Origin: Sarea resinae
Taxonomy: Eukaryota
Direction: 5' to 3'
DNA: 64,000 nucleotides
Assembly: GCA_026026165.1 (NCBI GenBank)
Contig: JAPEUD010000004.1
Location: forward strand, 496,001-560,000
Below the pieces are notes generated by a model. The model saw nothing but the letters and a program-made list of their open reading frames with translations. It was not told the origin of the DNA and did no database searches. Every line of letters begins with the position of its first letter. Within the stretch, counting starts at the first letter, position 1. The translations under genes were made by a program, and so were the position numbers. Below, piece by piece: positions 38,890 to 51,372 of this stretch.

Positions 38890-41800
38890 AACAGCAGTGG
38901 TGGTTGAGTAAGAATGAGTGAGAATGAATTCATCACAGTACGGAGTGCCATGGAAGGATCCAAGTCGCATGGGGGCTCCAGGGTGGGCTTAGGGAGGGCA
39001 CCGTCAAACACAAACACGGCCGCTGTTCTTCTCCTCTGCCCTGTTCCCTCTAGATGCATCCAATACCAGGCGTGTCGAATAGCTCGAGCAGGCCGCGTCG
39101 TACCAGCGTGCAAGCGGGTACCGATTTAGGACACTCGGCAGGGCAGACCAGCCCAGGCCACACTAGACCATACCAACCCACCCCAACCCATCCCAGCTCA
39201 TACCAACCCCATGCTTATGCCCATGCCCCATGCCCCATGGCCGCACCATCCACTATCACCACCAGCACCATCACCACCCTGGCTGGCCTTAGCTCCAACT
39301 GCCCCGGAGCTCGTCGTTGCGTCTCTCTGTTCGAGGTACGAAGTCCTTCGTACTTGCGAGCAGCAACAGAGAGCGATACGCCCGAGAACGATCGACGAAC
39401 AGGTAGCAAGAGCAGCGACTAGGACCCCGTCTCTTACCGCGCATCTACTCTACAGAGTACGGTACCTTCGTACGGTCCCTACCGTGGCTGACATCCAATG
39501 TTGTCATGGATGGCATGGATGGCATGGATGGCATGGATGATTCATGGATGATTCATGCACGGGTAATCGTGAAATGGCCTTTGACCGTCAAACATCAAAG
39601 CACCTACTCGACTCCGTACTGCGTGCCCAATACTCTCTGTACCTCCGTTCTGATCGTCATGCTTGTCTCAGGAGGCACAAATAAGAGATGATGTCTTTGT
39701 TTTCCCACCTATCGTGGATTCCCTGGTGCACCGACCAAGTCGATCAGGCCGACCACGGTCCAAGAATGTCGAGCCAGGCAAGGAAGGTATCCCCATCGCA
39801 ATTTCACTCCCATATCCGATTGTTTCGTAACTGCCCGCTCCGTACCGACCGGCCTGTACCCAAAGTAGCATCCGTGCCCAAAGGCAGACCCTTTGCACCC
39901 TACCCAGTCCGCAGTACGCAGCAGTACTTCGTACGTGAGATAAGGCTCGTGAGACGAGACATTTCCAACTTCCAGGTTCTGTCTTCTGTCGCTCCTGTTA
40001 GTATTCGTACCTTACACCCTCTCCACGCGAGCATTCTCCGTGTTACAGTCCGCACACCCACACCCACACCCAGATGCAAACGCAGACGCATACGGCGGCG
40101 CACACACATCCGCCGATGCACCGACAAGACATGGCCCTTGGACGCCGTGCAGAATCAGGAAAAGGACGAAAAAAGCAGCGCAGAAGCTAGAAGGATGGCG
40201 CCGTTCAATCGGCGCTTGGCTCGGTCGGCGCTCCAAACCCTTTGACCCCCAGAAATCCAATCAAGCTACTGGGAGCGGCAGGACGGCGTGGGCGTGAAAG
40301 CACCACACCGTGAGGGCTACACTTCCCGGTTCGCTCGCTCGCACGGGACCAACCAGTAGATTCGCCCTTGGATTGGAGGACCTCCAGCTGGAACATGATG
40401 AGCACGGACGCTCAATCGAACTGAACGACGGACGCGAGGGCGAAGAGCATGCAGTCCCAGCAGAGTCAAGTCAGCTCCGAGTGGTCCAAGCTGCAAGCTG
40501 CAAACCGCAGATTGGTACGATGTTGATCCTCGAGTCTCGATATCGATGGTCTTGCCAGGAGGAATTCGTACATGGTGCATCGCTTCCTACTATGTACATC
40601 CATCAGGACACATTACGGTATTTTTTAAAGTTGAGGTGCTAGGCAGTGTGGACCACTTCAAGATCGCGGGACAGTCCAGACGCAACGGGTAAGGCGTTTC
40701 TAGTCGCCCGCGCCGACAAGGAAGCCATGAGCTGTGCTTGCTCGCTTGCTCGGCCTACCCTACCACAGCGCCTTTCAGCATGCATATTCGTAGTCATCTC
40801 AATTGCTCCAGCTCTGGTCCAGAGTGCCGTTTTCATCCAAACCTCCAGGGTGCATGCGATCATGCAGACTGGCTCATGTCCCGAGACATCCCGTGGGTCT
40901 GCCGCTCTTGATGCCGTGTCTCTCATCGGGTTCACATCATCATCAGGAAACTGTAGAACGCCCGTGCCTGTATGCCTCTCTTGGCGGGCTCTTCTTCTGT
41001 CCGGCTAGCCAGCATACTTTCCCTTGGAGACTTATCAAATCGAATCAGGTCTAGGACTTGGCTCCCACTCCTATGCCCTATGACCCGAGCCCGGGGCCGC
41101 GGAATTATGACTTTGCGTCACAGTAGCGAGTATAGATCCTGCACGCCCGACCGCTTTGAAAGGACCCTGTTTAGCTTCGCAAGGAGGGTGAATTTCTTTG
41201 AAACGACGACGACAATCATCTCTTGTGATCCTTTCCCCCTAAAGCTCAGCCAAAGACGAATAGCAACTTCGACAAGCATGACAAGCCCACTCCGAGTCCT
41301 TTGGATGAGTATCTGGACTGACCCGGGAACGCACCCGAGTCGCCGGCCACGGGCTGCAGCACTCGGTAAGAAGAATCAGCGGTCAGATACTGCATCTGTT
41401 TTGAATGTTTCGGACGGCCGTTCTCTGAGGTCCTTGCTGTGATCCCTGGTACCAACAGACACCAATCTAACGGACCCACGTGCAGATCATTAGCTCTGGT
41501 CCGAACCTAATGTATCTGAGAGAATCTGAGAGAAGCTAGGCGGTCATCATCTCTGCTACATCTCCAACTGCCCACGAGACATTCAGTCGTTGCTCTTGCC
41601 ATGCATGGAGACGAGTACCTCCGAACAATAATACGGAGTACTTCAACGATGCAGTCACAGCTAACGGCCTCATGCTGTACGTACTGGGTACGATATTGCA
41701 CGATGTTCTCAACTTCCTCGTCGCGAATGCTTCTCGAGCGAGAATCATTTTATTTTAGCGTGCCAGCGATGAGGACCACCTTCCTCTTTACGCCTCGTGA

Positions 41801-44800
41801 GAAAAGGTCGAGAACAACCTACATAGCCGCGTTCTTGAAGATGGAGCCACAGCAACCTCGGACCATGGGTGACGATTGGGGCACAGCAGGCAAATGAAAA
41901 TGGCTACAATAGCCTCCAACTGCCTCCAGAGTGGCTCTCTCTCCGTTCTCCATGGGGCGATATCCGACTACGTGGGTTTAGCCAGCTAGCCGGAGCGATC
42001 TAGACGCCTCCCGAACTGCCTGCAAGGGAGATTCGCTTAATGGCTCTTGCAGGGTCTCGAAGTCCCAGCGAAATCGGCATGGGATCGAAGATCGCGCAGC
42101 TCCAGGATCGCTGTGTCACCAAAGCCTCGAGGAAATTGAGGTCACTACTTTGTAGTTTCCCATGCATCTTTGGACAGAACAGGATCGGCTCTTGCCTCTC
42201 GCCTTCTCGTAGGTTTCTCCGGTACCTCACTCAAACCGCTAGTGGGTGAGGTACTGCAGTCCTCGATGCTATTTCTAGTCAAATCTGACGGAATCGACCG
42301 AAGCGCCGCCAAAGGAGGCAACCTAACGCCCAAAGAGCATTGTTACGGTCAACCTTGGAAGCCAGCGGCAGCAGATCAAATGTCACGTGGTTGACGCGGT
42401 CCTGACTACAACCTTAGTAACATCATGAGGGGGACTGGTACGAGAACAAGCCCGTCGATATCCGAATACTTGGCTTCCAACAGCAGAGCGGCATCTCACT
42501 ACCTACGGTACGTAGTATGAAGTACTTTCTTACCTACCTTAGTCCCTTCTGGTCTCCTCACTACTTGCGCTGACCCTGAGTCGATCTCTCCAGATGGAAT
42601 CACGAAAGGATGCGGCGCGGCCATGCAGCTAAAGCTTAGCATCCAATCACACGGGTGCCTTAGCGAATGACCATGGCCCAGGCGATTTCCCCCTCTCAGA
42701 CAGTCTCTGATCGTCCGATGATCGCTTGCTCGCTCGACGCAGTACGAATTGATCGCATCGCTTGCTTCAAGGTTGTTGGCGCACACGGAGTACTATGGTA
42801 CATCAGGTCGGGCAATTTAGCTAATGTTCACTTGAGGTGCCCAGCTCGCCGTCACACAGAAAACATGGCTCGTGAGTACGGAGGACGTAGGTGGTCGTAA
42901 GAGGAGAGCACGGCAGCAGCGCTCACCCCGGTCGGTCGGTCTGTCCGTCCCCTCTCACTAGAGTACTTTTGTACGTACTCCGTCCCATGCCCCAGAGGTT
43001 GGCACGGAACTCGACTGCATTGGCTCGCCCTGACCACGCTTGGGGAATCCGGGAACATCTGTCCTTCGTACTACTGTACGCGGGCAGTACGTGATCCTTC
43101 GTACCGTGCAAAACATCATAGTGCTACCGAAGCTGTTTCTCTTGGCGCCGACTTTGCTCTGAACCCGCCTTGTCTTTCGGCCGTAGTGAAGGTAGCTAAG
43201 GTAATCATCTGCAAGACTCAAACAGACTCGAAGCTATCCTACAGTCCGGCCGTACGTCGCCCGCACCCTGAGGACAGGGTGCATAAGGTATTGCGATGGT
43301 CGCCCAGATGTGTGGGGTTTTAGTACGCTTTTCGCGCTTTCATGGAGAGCGGCAACGGGCCTCTATCGGAGCAACGAGCAGGCCGGCAGGCATGGTGCTG
43401 CAGGTGCTCATTGTTGCCCAGTGCTCAATGCCCAGTGCCCAGTGCCCAGTGCTCACCGAACAGTCCCGATCAGTCTCAAGCGTGTCTCAACCTAATTCAT
43501 CCATCAATCAATCAATCGATCCAATCTACATCAGACGAGAAATCCCGACGCGCCGTAAGCGAAATGCATGGCACAACAGTTTCCCACCCAGCTCCCTTGT
43601 CTGACAAAGGATTGACAAAGGACGCTAACCATATCGTTGCCTTGTTCCATTCCAATTTGCGGTTTCTCGCCCGCGGGCGGAATCATCTCGGTCGTAATCA
43701 ATAATCGATTTGGACTCACTGGACTGATCTTGGAAGGTCATGAGCGATGGGATGAGCGATTTGGGCTCGGAGTCGGCCCTTTACCAGTTCCGCGGACAGG
43801 CCACTTTGATTTCTTCCATGGGGCACAGCACAGGCCACCGGCCACAGGGCACAGACGGTGAAGGGAAATCGACTCAGGAGTAGTCACCCGAATTAGGCAG
43901 AAGCCATTTGGCCGCTGAGCTGCTTCTCCGGGCCACGCGAGCGAGCGACGGAGCGAGCGGGGGATAGCAATGCACGGCATGGCGTAGCATGGATGGGCAT
44001 GGATGGGCATGGCTGGGCATCGACACGCTTATGGCTTAGGCAGGTCGGCCATCTTGACCAAGGTGCAACCTGATTTGATCGCTTGCTTCAAGCCAGCCGT
44101 CGTCTCCCTCGCCGTCGCCTGTCTTTGGCTTCGGCTGCCATGTGCGCGCGCTGGATTTCGTGGGATGGGGAGAAGTGGAGATGGCGTTGTTGGTGCCAAG
44201 ATGGCGGAGCAGGTCTTGGTCCCATGAATCTGAATCGGTGAGATGCATGATGGTGATAGTGAGGGCGTCGCATGGCATGGCTCGATGATCCGCGACGACT
44301 GAACTGTTCTGGAACCCTCCGCACCTCATCTAAAGCCACCTCATCGTCTGGAGAAGAGGATTTTCGCGTTGGACACGCTTCTATTCTTCCTTCCCAACCA
44401 TTCTCCCTCGTGACCTCGACTGCAGAGTGTGCCAGAAAAAGGCATCATGACCGATTCTGCATGGCCACCGACCGGCCTTGCCTTTAGTCTGCAAGTGATG
44501 GGTAGTTAAGAATTTTGAACTTTAGACTGAGGAAAATCATTGAAAGTCAATGTTAGCATAGTGCAGGATACGATTTATGGATTTCTGTAGCAGTCTGGCA
44601 AGCCGAGGGTCCATGAATGGAAGGATTTCCATACGTTCCGTCGCAGGTGTCAACGTCGACATATAACGTACTTAAGCGGCTTAGTCTTACGTACCCCTTG
44701 GATTCTTCCCCATCCTGCTGACAACTTCTACTCGTACAATGTCGATGATCAACTGTGGATGAGCAGTACATTTGGCTAAGGGCAGATCTAATCACTATCT

Positions 44801-44839
44801 CCAACCGGAAAGAATGGCAATCTTCTGAGCATGCCTTCC

Positions 44840-45964
44840 TTACCAGAAAGCAAGGACCCGAAGCTCAATGCTCTCTCTCGCATGGTCATCCTCAACGACA
44901 CCGATTTCAGGGCTGGCGTGCCATGGAGCACCAGCCTCCTGCGAATTCTCGCCCAATGCCGCACTGTCGAAGAGCTTGATGGCCAAGACTTCATCAATAT
45001 CCTGCTCAGAAAGGTAGTACCATTTCAGAGCGTTGCTGCTGCTGTTGGGTGACTCTCCTCGGACACCCAGCATCGCAAATTCTTTCAGAAAGTCACCGTC
45101 AAGTTCTGGGGGCCCAGGGATTTTGTTTTCGTAGGGCCAGTAGACAAGATCCCCATCAATACTGGTGATATTCTTGCTGGGAGCCAGCGCCAAGGGGTCT
45201 CGCACAACTTTCTTGAGGGGGCGCCAGATGCTGTATGCGGCATACCGGGGCCCAAGTCTGCCATTCTGGTTATACAATTCGGCAATGGCAGGGTCGGCTT
45301 CCTTGCTCTGCGCCAGGAAAGGATGATTCTCGCAAATTCTATCCTCGGCCGCGATCACGCCACTTTCGACGGCAGTGTTATAGATATCTTGCGCTTGAGA
45401 ACGGATCGTTTGTCGTGCACCGAGAGGAGTGAAGTCCATATGAGGTACGCGTACTGGCGCAGCCAGACCCACCGGCTTGACGCCTCCAGTTTTCTCCGTT
45501 GGCTTGACCTCCTTCTCTTCACCCTGGCTGCTATCATCCTTTGCTGCCTTGATACTCAACCCTGTCGGCAGCTTAAATGCTTCGGGGGCTTTCTTCCCCC
45601 GCCGCAGAACGGTAACCATTATGAAGACGTCTTTGGCACCTGTTGTCTTCATCACGAGCTCCCGGATCTCGGGATGGTACACCTGAGCGATTGTCTGCTC
45701 GTCAAAGTCTTCCTGAACGCAAGGCCGTTGCAATAATGCAGAGCTGTGCTTGACATATCCAAACCCATGGCTCCTGAGCAAGTCGGCAGGTACGTAATTT
45801 GGATCCGAAAAGGATGGCCGAATATCAATCAGCGGATGTGTTCTAGGCACGAGTTTCTTCATTGGTGGAGGAGCGAAATAGTTTCGCTGCCAGGGGTCGT
45901 CATTTTGGGTATTTTCGTCGATAAGAGGCTGCATGAATTGCCCTTCGAGTGGTGTGCCTACCAT
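44840..45964 (-). CDS. AsaB/GA4-desaturase-like (CmcJ-like) putative Fe(II)/2-oxoglutarate hydroxylase-desaturase, intronless (~374 aa)
   Basis: HGFGYVKH, HxD motif (PHMDFT), YSIWRPL..V.RDPLAL, WYYLSEQ..DEV..IKLFDS, distal His (APWHAS) and RxS motif (RESIELRV). First ATG at 45964. Confidence 0.85.
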   Translation of the reverse strand: MVGTPLEGQFMQPLIDENTQNDDPWQRNYFAPPPMKKLVPRTHPLIDIRPSFSDPNYVPADLLRSHGFGYVKHSSALLQRPCVQEDFDEQTIAQVYHPEIRELVMKTTGAKDVFIMVTVLRRGKKAPEAFKLPTGLSIKAAKDDSSQGEEKEVKPTEKTGGVKPVGLAAPVRVPHMDFTPLGARQTIRSQAQDIYNTAVESGVIAAEDRICENHPFLAQSKEADPAIAELYNQNGRLGPRYAAYSIWRPLKKVVRDPLALAPSKNITSIDGDLVYWPYENKIPGPPELDGDFLKEFAMLGVRGESPNSSSNALKWYYLSEQDIDEVLAIKLFDSAALGENSQEAGAPWHASPEIGVVEDDHARESIELRVLAFW

Positions 45965-47345
45965 TGAGCCCACGTCGCACGAGAGGTATGGCGGTTGACG
46001 GCTTGATTAAGGTATCTACTGAACCTTACGAAGACTCTCTGTGCTCGACGCTTGCGCGTCAAATACAAATCAAAGATGAGGAGGGCACAGGCCGGTTATC
46101 AGAAAGCTGTGGGAACATTCATGGTAATGTTGGATTCAAGCGGAGATAAGCACACGTCAGGTAGCGTTGTGATGTAAGCAGTAATCGTGAGGCTCGTATA
46201 GCCCCGCCGGGCCCTAGCACCGAGCGTGCCTGAAGCCTCCTGAAGCCTGCTCCGGCTGGGGTGCCGTGAATGGAAGCTCCAATTGCTCTTTTCGGAAAAC
46301 CATGAAGGATCTGGATATCTAGTCCGTCTGCCGCTCTTACTGGAAGCCTATAGTACATGTCGTTATGGCTCATTGGGTGCAACAGCCACGAATACAAATA
46401 CAACAAGAACGGCAGCAGGAGGCGTCGAGGCGGATCCGATCCCTGCAGAAAATGGGATGTGGTCCGAGCAGCCATGTGCCGTGCTCTTGCAGCGGCGTCT
46501 CCGTCGGCCGGATGTGGACGATGGGGGATTGGGCCTCATGGCTACGGTGACAATACGGATCGAGCTCCACGATAAATCGGTATCAATCAAGCTTTCTCAA
46601 CATGGCCTGCCAGCTGCGCGACGCATGAATGTCTACTTTCGGCTGCGCCTTGATGAGGGTTGAAGATGGCCAGCTATCTCTCTGCTTGCCTGCCTCACCT
46701 CACTGTCTGCCTACCCACTGGCCTACCTACCTGCCGACCTACGTGAAGGATGGATGTAGAGTGAGATTGGACGTGCACGCCCCTCGCGGTGATTGTTTTC
46801 GCATGTCGTACCGCATGAGAGACGGGAAGTCTTCAGACGAAAGCTGCAGTGTTGGATCCATTGCACGCGATTTCACGTGGTGAGTTGGCTTTGAGTAGCA
46901 GAGTATGTTGTACTCCGGAGTATTCTCCGTACGTCGATCAATCTCCACCGTTATCACCAACCACGCTTTACCCTTTTGGGCGATGAGGTCAACAGCCCGA
47001 GCGCACGGGAGGGTTGCCAGCTTCACAGCTTCACTTGAAATCCATCCATGCCAGCATCAAAGAGACTGCAGTGTTGACGGCAACAAAGACGACGACGACG
47101 ACGACGACGACAAAGACATTGATCTGGCGCTTACTGTCGGTGCTGAATTACTGACAAATCCTTCTGTAATCTGACTGATGCGCTCGCTGTCTTTCTCTTT
47201 CGCAACGCTTGATCTTCTTCTGAATAGTTGCTTGTGACCGAATTGTATGATCCTGTAACTCTAGTGCCGACTGCAAGATCGCCACTGTTGCTGTTTCTGT
47301 TTCCATTCCCTTCATCGCACATCCACTCAATACATAGACTCCAGC

Positions 47346-48614
47346 ATGCCAGAACAGCGCAATATCGTCGTCATCGGCGGTGCCTTTAGCGGCATCGCCA
47401 TAGCTCACAACCTCCTCCGCCACGTCCTCCCAGAACTCGACGTGCATGCGACATCGACGTCAGGGAACAGCTACAGAGTCACCCTCATCTCGCCGTCGAC
47501 TCACTTCTACTGGAAGATCGGAGCGCCTCGCGCCCTCATCTCCGCCGACGCACTGCCGCGCGAGAAGACGTTCATGCCCATCGCCGACGGCTTCAAAGAG
47601 TACCCGTCCGCGCTCTACGAATTCATCCATGGCACCGTCACCAAGCTCGATCCAGACACGCACCAATTGACCATCAAACCCGAGGATGGTCCCACCGCCA
47701 ACGCTTATACTCTCCCCTACCACGCCGTCATTCTCGCCACGGGCCGCCAATCCCACTCTCCCCTCTTCAGCCTCCACGGGCCGCACACCCGGACCGTCGC
47801 CGCCCTGGAGGAAATGCACTCCCGCCTGCCGACCGCGCAGTCAATCGTCGTAGCAGGCGGCGGCGCGGCGGGCGTCGAGACCGCCGGCGAGCTCGGCTCC
47901 GCCTTTGGGAAGAAAAAGGACATTTTGCTGCTCTCGGGGTCATCGCGGCTGCTGCCGTCGCTGCGTGCCGACATTGGCGCGCGCGCAGAGAAATACCTGC
48001 GCGACTTGGGTGTCGAAGTCGTGCACGGGGTCCGCGTCACCTCTGTTTCGTCGCAAACGACGCTTCACCTCGACGACTCCACCACCCGGTCCACAGACGT
48101 CTACATCGACGCCACGGGCGGCGACCCCAACACGTCGTTCCTGCCGCCCGCCTGGCTCGAGCCCAACGGCACCATCACCACGTCGCCGACCACGCTGCGC
48201 GTCACGCCGGCCTTTCCCGGCACGCTCGCCTACGCCCTCGGCGACGTGACGAGCTTCTCCAAGGGCTCGATCCTGGACGTGTGGGAGCCGGTGCCGGCGC
48301 TGACGGCCTCGCTCGAGCACGACCTGTACGCGGCCGAAGACGCGCTCGACCGGCTGCCGGACCAACATGTCGGTCAAGACGGCACGGACAAGAAAGACGC
48401 CGCCCATGCTAGCGCTAGTGCCCGCGTCGCGCCCGCCGAGATCCTGTACGCCCAGGCCAAGTCCGATACCATGATCGTGCCCGTCGGCCGCAGCAAGGGC
48501 GTCGGCGTCGCCTTTGGTTGGTGGTTGCCTAGTCTGCTGATCTGGTGGGTCAAGGGCCGGACGTTTATGGCCGAGAAGATGGCCGAGACGGTCATGGGGG
48601 ATAAGTTCCGTTGA
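47346..48614 (+). CDS. AIF/AMID (FSP1)-like FAD/NAD(P)H-dependent oxidoreductase, intronless (422 aa)
   Basis: N-terminal IVVIGGAFSG, VILATG, second Rossmann motif IVVAGGGAAGVETAGE, YALGD, and C-terminal VPVGRSKGVG...WWVKGR. Confidence 0.9.
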   Translation: MPEQRNIVVIGGAFSGIAIAHNLLRHVLPELDVHATSTSGNSYRVTLISPSTHFYWKIGAPRALISADALPREKTFMPIADGFKEYPSALYEFIHGTVTKLDPDTHQLTIKPEDGPTANAYTLPYHAVILATGRQSHSPLFSLHGPHTRTVAALEEMHSRLPTAQSIVVAGGGAAGVETAGELGSAFGKKKDILLLSGSSRLLPSLRADIGARAEKYLRDLGVEVVHGVRVTSVSSQTTLHLDDSTTRSTDVYIDATGGDPNTSFLPPAWLEPNGTITTSPTTLRVTPAFPGTLAYALGDVTSFSKGSILDVWEPVPALTASLEHDLYAAEDALDRLPDQHVGQDGTDKKDAAHASASARVAPAEILYAQAKSDTMIVPVGRSKGVGVAFGWWLPSLLIWWVKGRTFMAEKMAETVMGDKFR

Positions 48615-48619
48615 AGCAG

Positions 48620-49640
48620 AGAAGTGCTGCTAGTGAAGTAAGAGAAGTAAGAGAAGAGAAGAGAAGAGAGAAGAAGAGCAGACCAGGGCTACTAGCAAAG
48701 AGTAGACAAGAGAAAAGCGAAGTAGAGCAGAGCATGGCTACTAGAGAAGAGAAGACAATGCAAGAGAAGAAAAGGAACGGTTCTTCCGCAAAATCGGCAT
48801 CATGTAATCAATCTTTTCTGTTCTATTCTGTTCTACTCTATTCTTTTTCTTCTCTTCCTCTACAAGGCTTAATTAAGGACGTATTTAGTCTATAATACTA
48901 GAAACTATATACTGTATTCAAGACCGTGTATATGTAGTGTAGAATAGGCTAGGACAGGACAGAATACTATGTATTAGTTATAAAAGCACACCTCCTTTCT
49001 ATCTTTACACTGTACAGACAAAGCACGCAAGCACAGCGCCAGTTAACAAGCGCTGTGTAGTACTCAAACTTTGAGATAGTCGCGGAGGAGTTAAAACCAG
49101 GTCGAGGAGGAGTTGTTTAAACTCTTATGACCTGCTAAAGTCAAGTTTGCCTTCTATAGAAAGAGAGAGATCTACGTACTTTATAGTTATATCTTAGTTA
49201 CTGTTTCTAGTCTTTAGATTTAAGTAATTTGTTTGTGGTTCTAGTTCTAGGTTCTAGTACTAGTTCTAGCTATAGGATCTACTCTTTACTTATATCTCTA
49301 TCTCTTCTAATCTACTCCTTTCTCTTCTTTCTCTATCTCTCTTCTCTCTTTTCCTTTTAAGGCTAAATTTCTAGGAACCCCTTAAGCCTAAACCCTTTAG
49401 GCTTTACTTGACCTACTATAATTTTCTAAGAATAAAAAAAGAAAAGGAGAAGAAAGTAAGTAGGTACTCTTATAATTAGTAGAAGAAGAGTTATATTAGG
49501 CTAGTTTAAGAGAGAGAGAGAGAGTAGATTAAGAGGAAAGAGATAGTAGATTAAAGAGTTTACCTGTAGGCTTTAGAGGTATTAGTTAGTGACTAGAAGA
49601 GGATTCTCTTTTTCTCTGTACTTTCTTCTTCTCTTTTACT

Positions 49641-49701
<61 letters not shown>

Positions 49702-50300
49702 ACTCTCTACACTCTCTATTTCTATACCTCTACCTTTCTATCTCTATACACTTCTATACACCTTTCTACCTCTTTCTCTCTATCTCTTTACTAATACTAA
49801 TCACTTTCTTATAAGAGAAGGAGCGCTACGCTATAATACACTACACTAAACTACGCTACACTACACTACCTTACCTCTATATAAAGTTAGTAGATAGATA
49901 GATAGAAACCTAGATAGATAGATAGACATATAAGCTAGGTTCTAGTAGTCCCTTTATTAGAGAGAGAGATAGCGCACATGAGAACTATATAATCTATCTA
50001 TTCTACTAAACCTTATAAGATAACAAAATACCTTTCTACTCTTCTTTTTTCCTCCTTTTCGATAAGGCGCGCCGCTCTATAGTAGGTACCTTACCTACCT
50101 AGGCAAATAAGCATAGCCTAGACAAGCCAAGTGGTTATCGTAGTAGTACTTTTCAGATAGCTTATATACCTTAAGAACAGGTTTGCCTGCCTACCTTACC
50201 TATTTACTTAGTAGGTAGGTAGTCCTTGGATTTCCTTTTTCCTTCTGATACTAATATCTCCTCTCCTTTTTTCTAGTGGTATACTCACTTACTCCGCTTC
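48620..50300. repeat. TpA-rich microsatellite island 4 between convergent AIF-like and kinase genes
   Basis: (AGAAG)n, (TTCTAG)n, long (CT)n at ~49645-49698, (ACTAC)n, (GATA)n and (TACC)n; CA/TG depleted in 49150-50230. Confidence 0.92.
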
Positions 50301-51372
50301 TGTTCTGTTCCGTTGTTGATCTTTCCTTTCCTTGTGCTCCTATCTCCTATCTCCTATCTCTTGTCCGTTGTCCGTTGTCTCTTGTCCTTGAAGAATCGTC
50401 TCCTCTTTTAGACACAGACGAGAACACACGCTCTGAATCACTCACTCACTACGTTCATCGACTCCGATCAATGTCAATGGAAATGTGATTGCCAAAGTCA
50501 ATGGAATGGATTTCTCAACGTGCGGTTTGAAGAAAGGACACACCACCAACAACAACAACGGCGGCACCAACAAGCAGAAGAACGGAAAAATGCATCTCTT
50601 CATTCTCTCTCCGCGTCTCGTCTCTATCAAGGTAAAGCTATAGACAGCCACACACACACACTCCCTCTCCCTCTCCTTCTCCGTGATCCATTCCAGTCCC
50701 AATCACGATCTGATTTGATCCGATCCGATGCATCCATCCAATCACTCGCAGCACAAAAACCAACAGACAGACCGACTGACAACGAGAAGCACAGCCAGAA
50801 CGAGGAGGACTCAGACTTCAAAGTCAAAGCCAAAGTCAAAGTCGAAGCCAAAGCCAGACCCAAGCACTGCTCGAATGAACAGAAGCTCCAATGATCGAGA
50901 AAGCGCAGCAGGCAGGCAGACAGGCAGGCAGCAAGTAACAAATGATGATATTGATTCTGCTGCTTTTGGCTCCAGGAGACCGGACTGGACCGTACCGTTC
51001 CGTTTCATTTGTTCGGACCGATTATTGATACCCATGGCCATGTCCATGCCCATATCCGTGTCCTTATTCATGCAGATCTAGTGCCAATATCCATACCCAT
51101 GTAACGCCAATACCAACACCAAACAGACACAGCACAGACAGTAATGCTTTCCCACCAGACAGAATACTCGATGTTGCCACCACACCGGCACCCAACACGC
51201 GCCCTTCGGGATCCGGTCGTCGGCTCAACCCTCGCGGGGAACGTCGGACCGGCTCACCGTCAGACAAACAACACCCACCGCACGCGTTGGATGCCGGATA
51301 GGGAAACAAAATGTTGGAGAGCGCTGGTTCAATGAGACTCACTGACTGTTTGAAAGACGGACTGACTGGCGG

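Noticed and set aside
37800..44800. Many 60-185 aa ORFs in the region upstream of the C2H2 gene (likewise 25500-30800 and 59000-63000)
   Set aside because: Overlapping in all frames, repeat-derived, without motifs or coherent splice structure; expected in GC-rich non-coding DNA.
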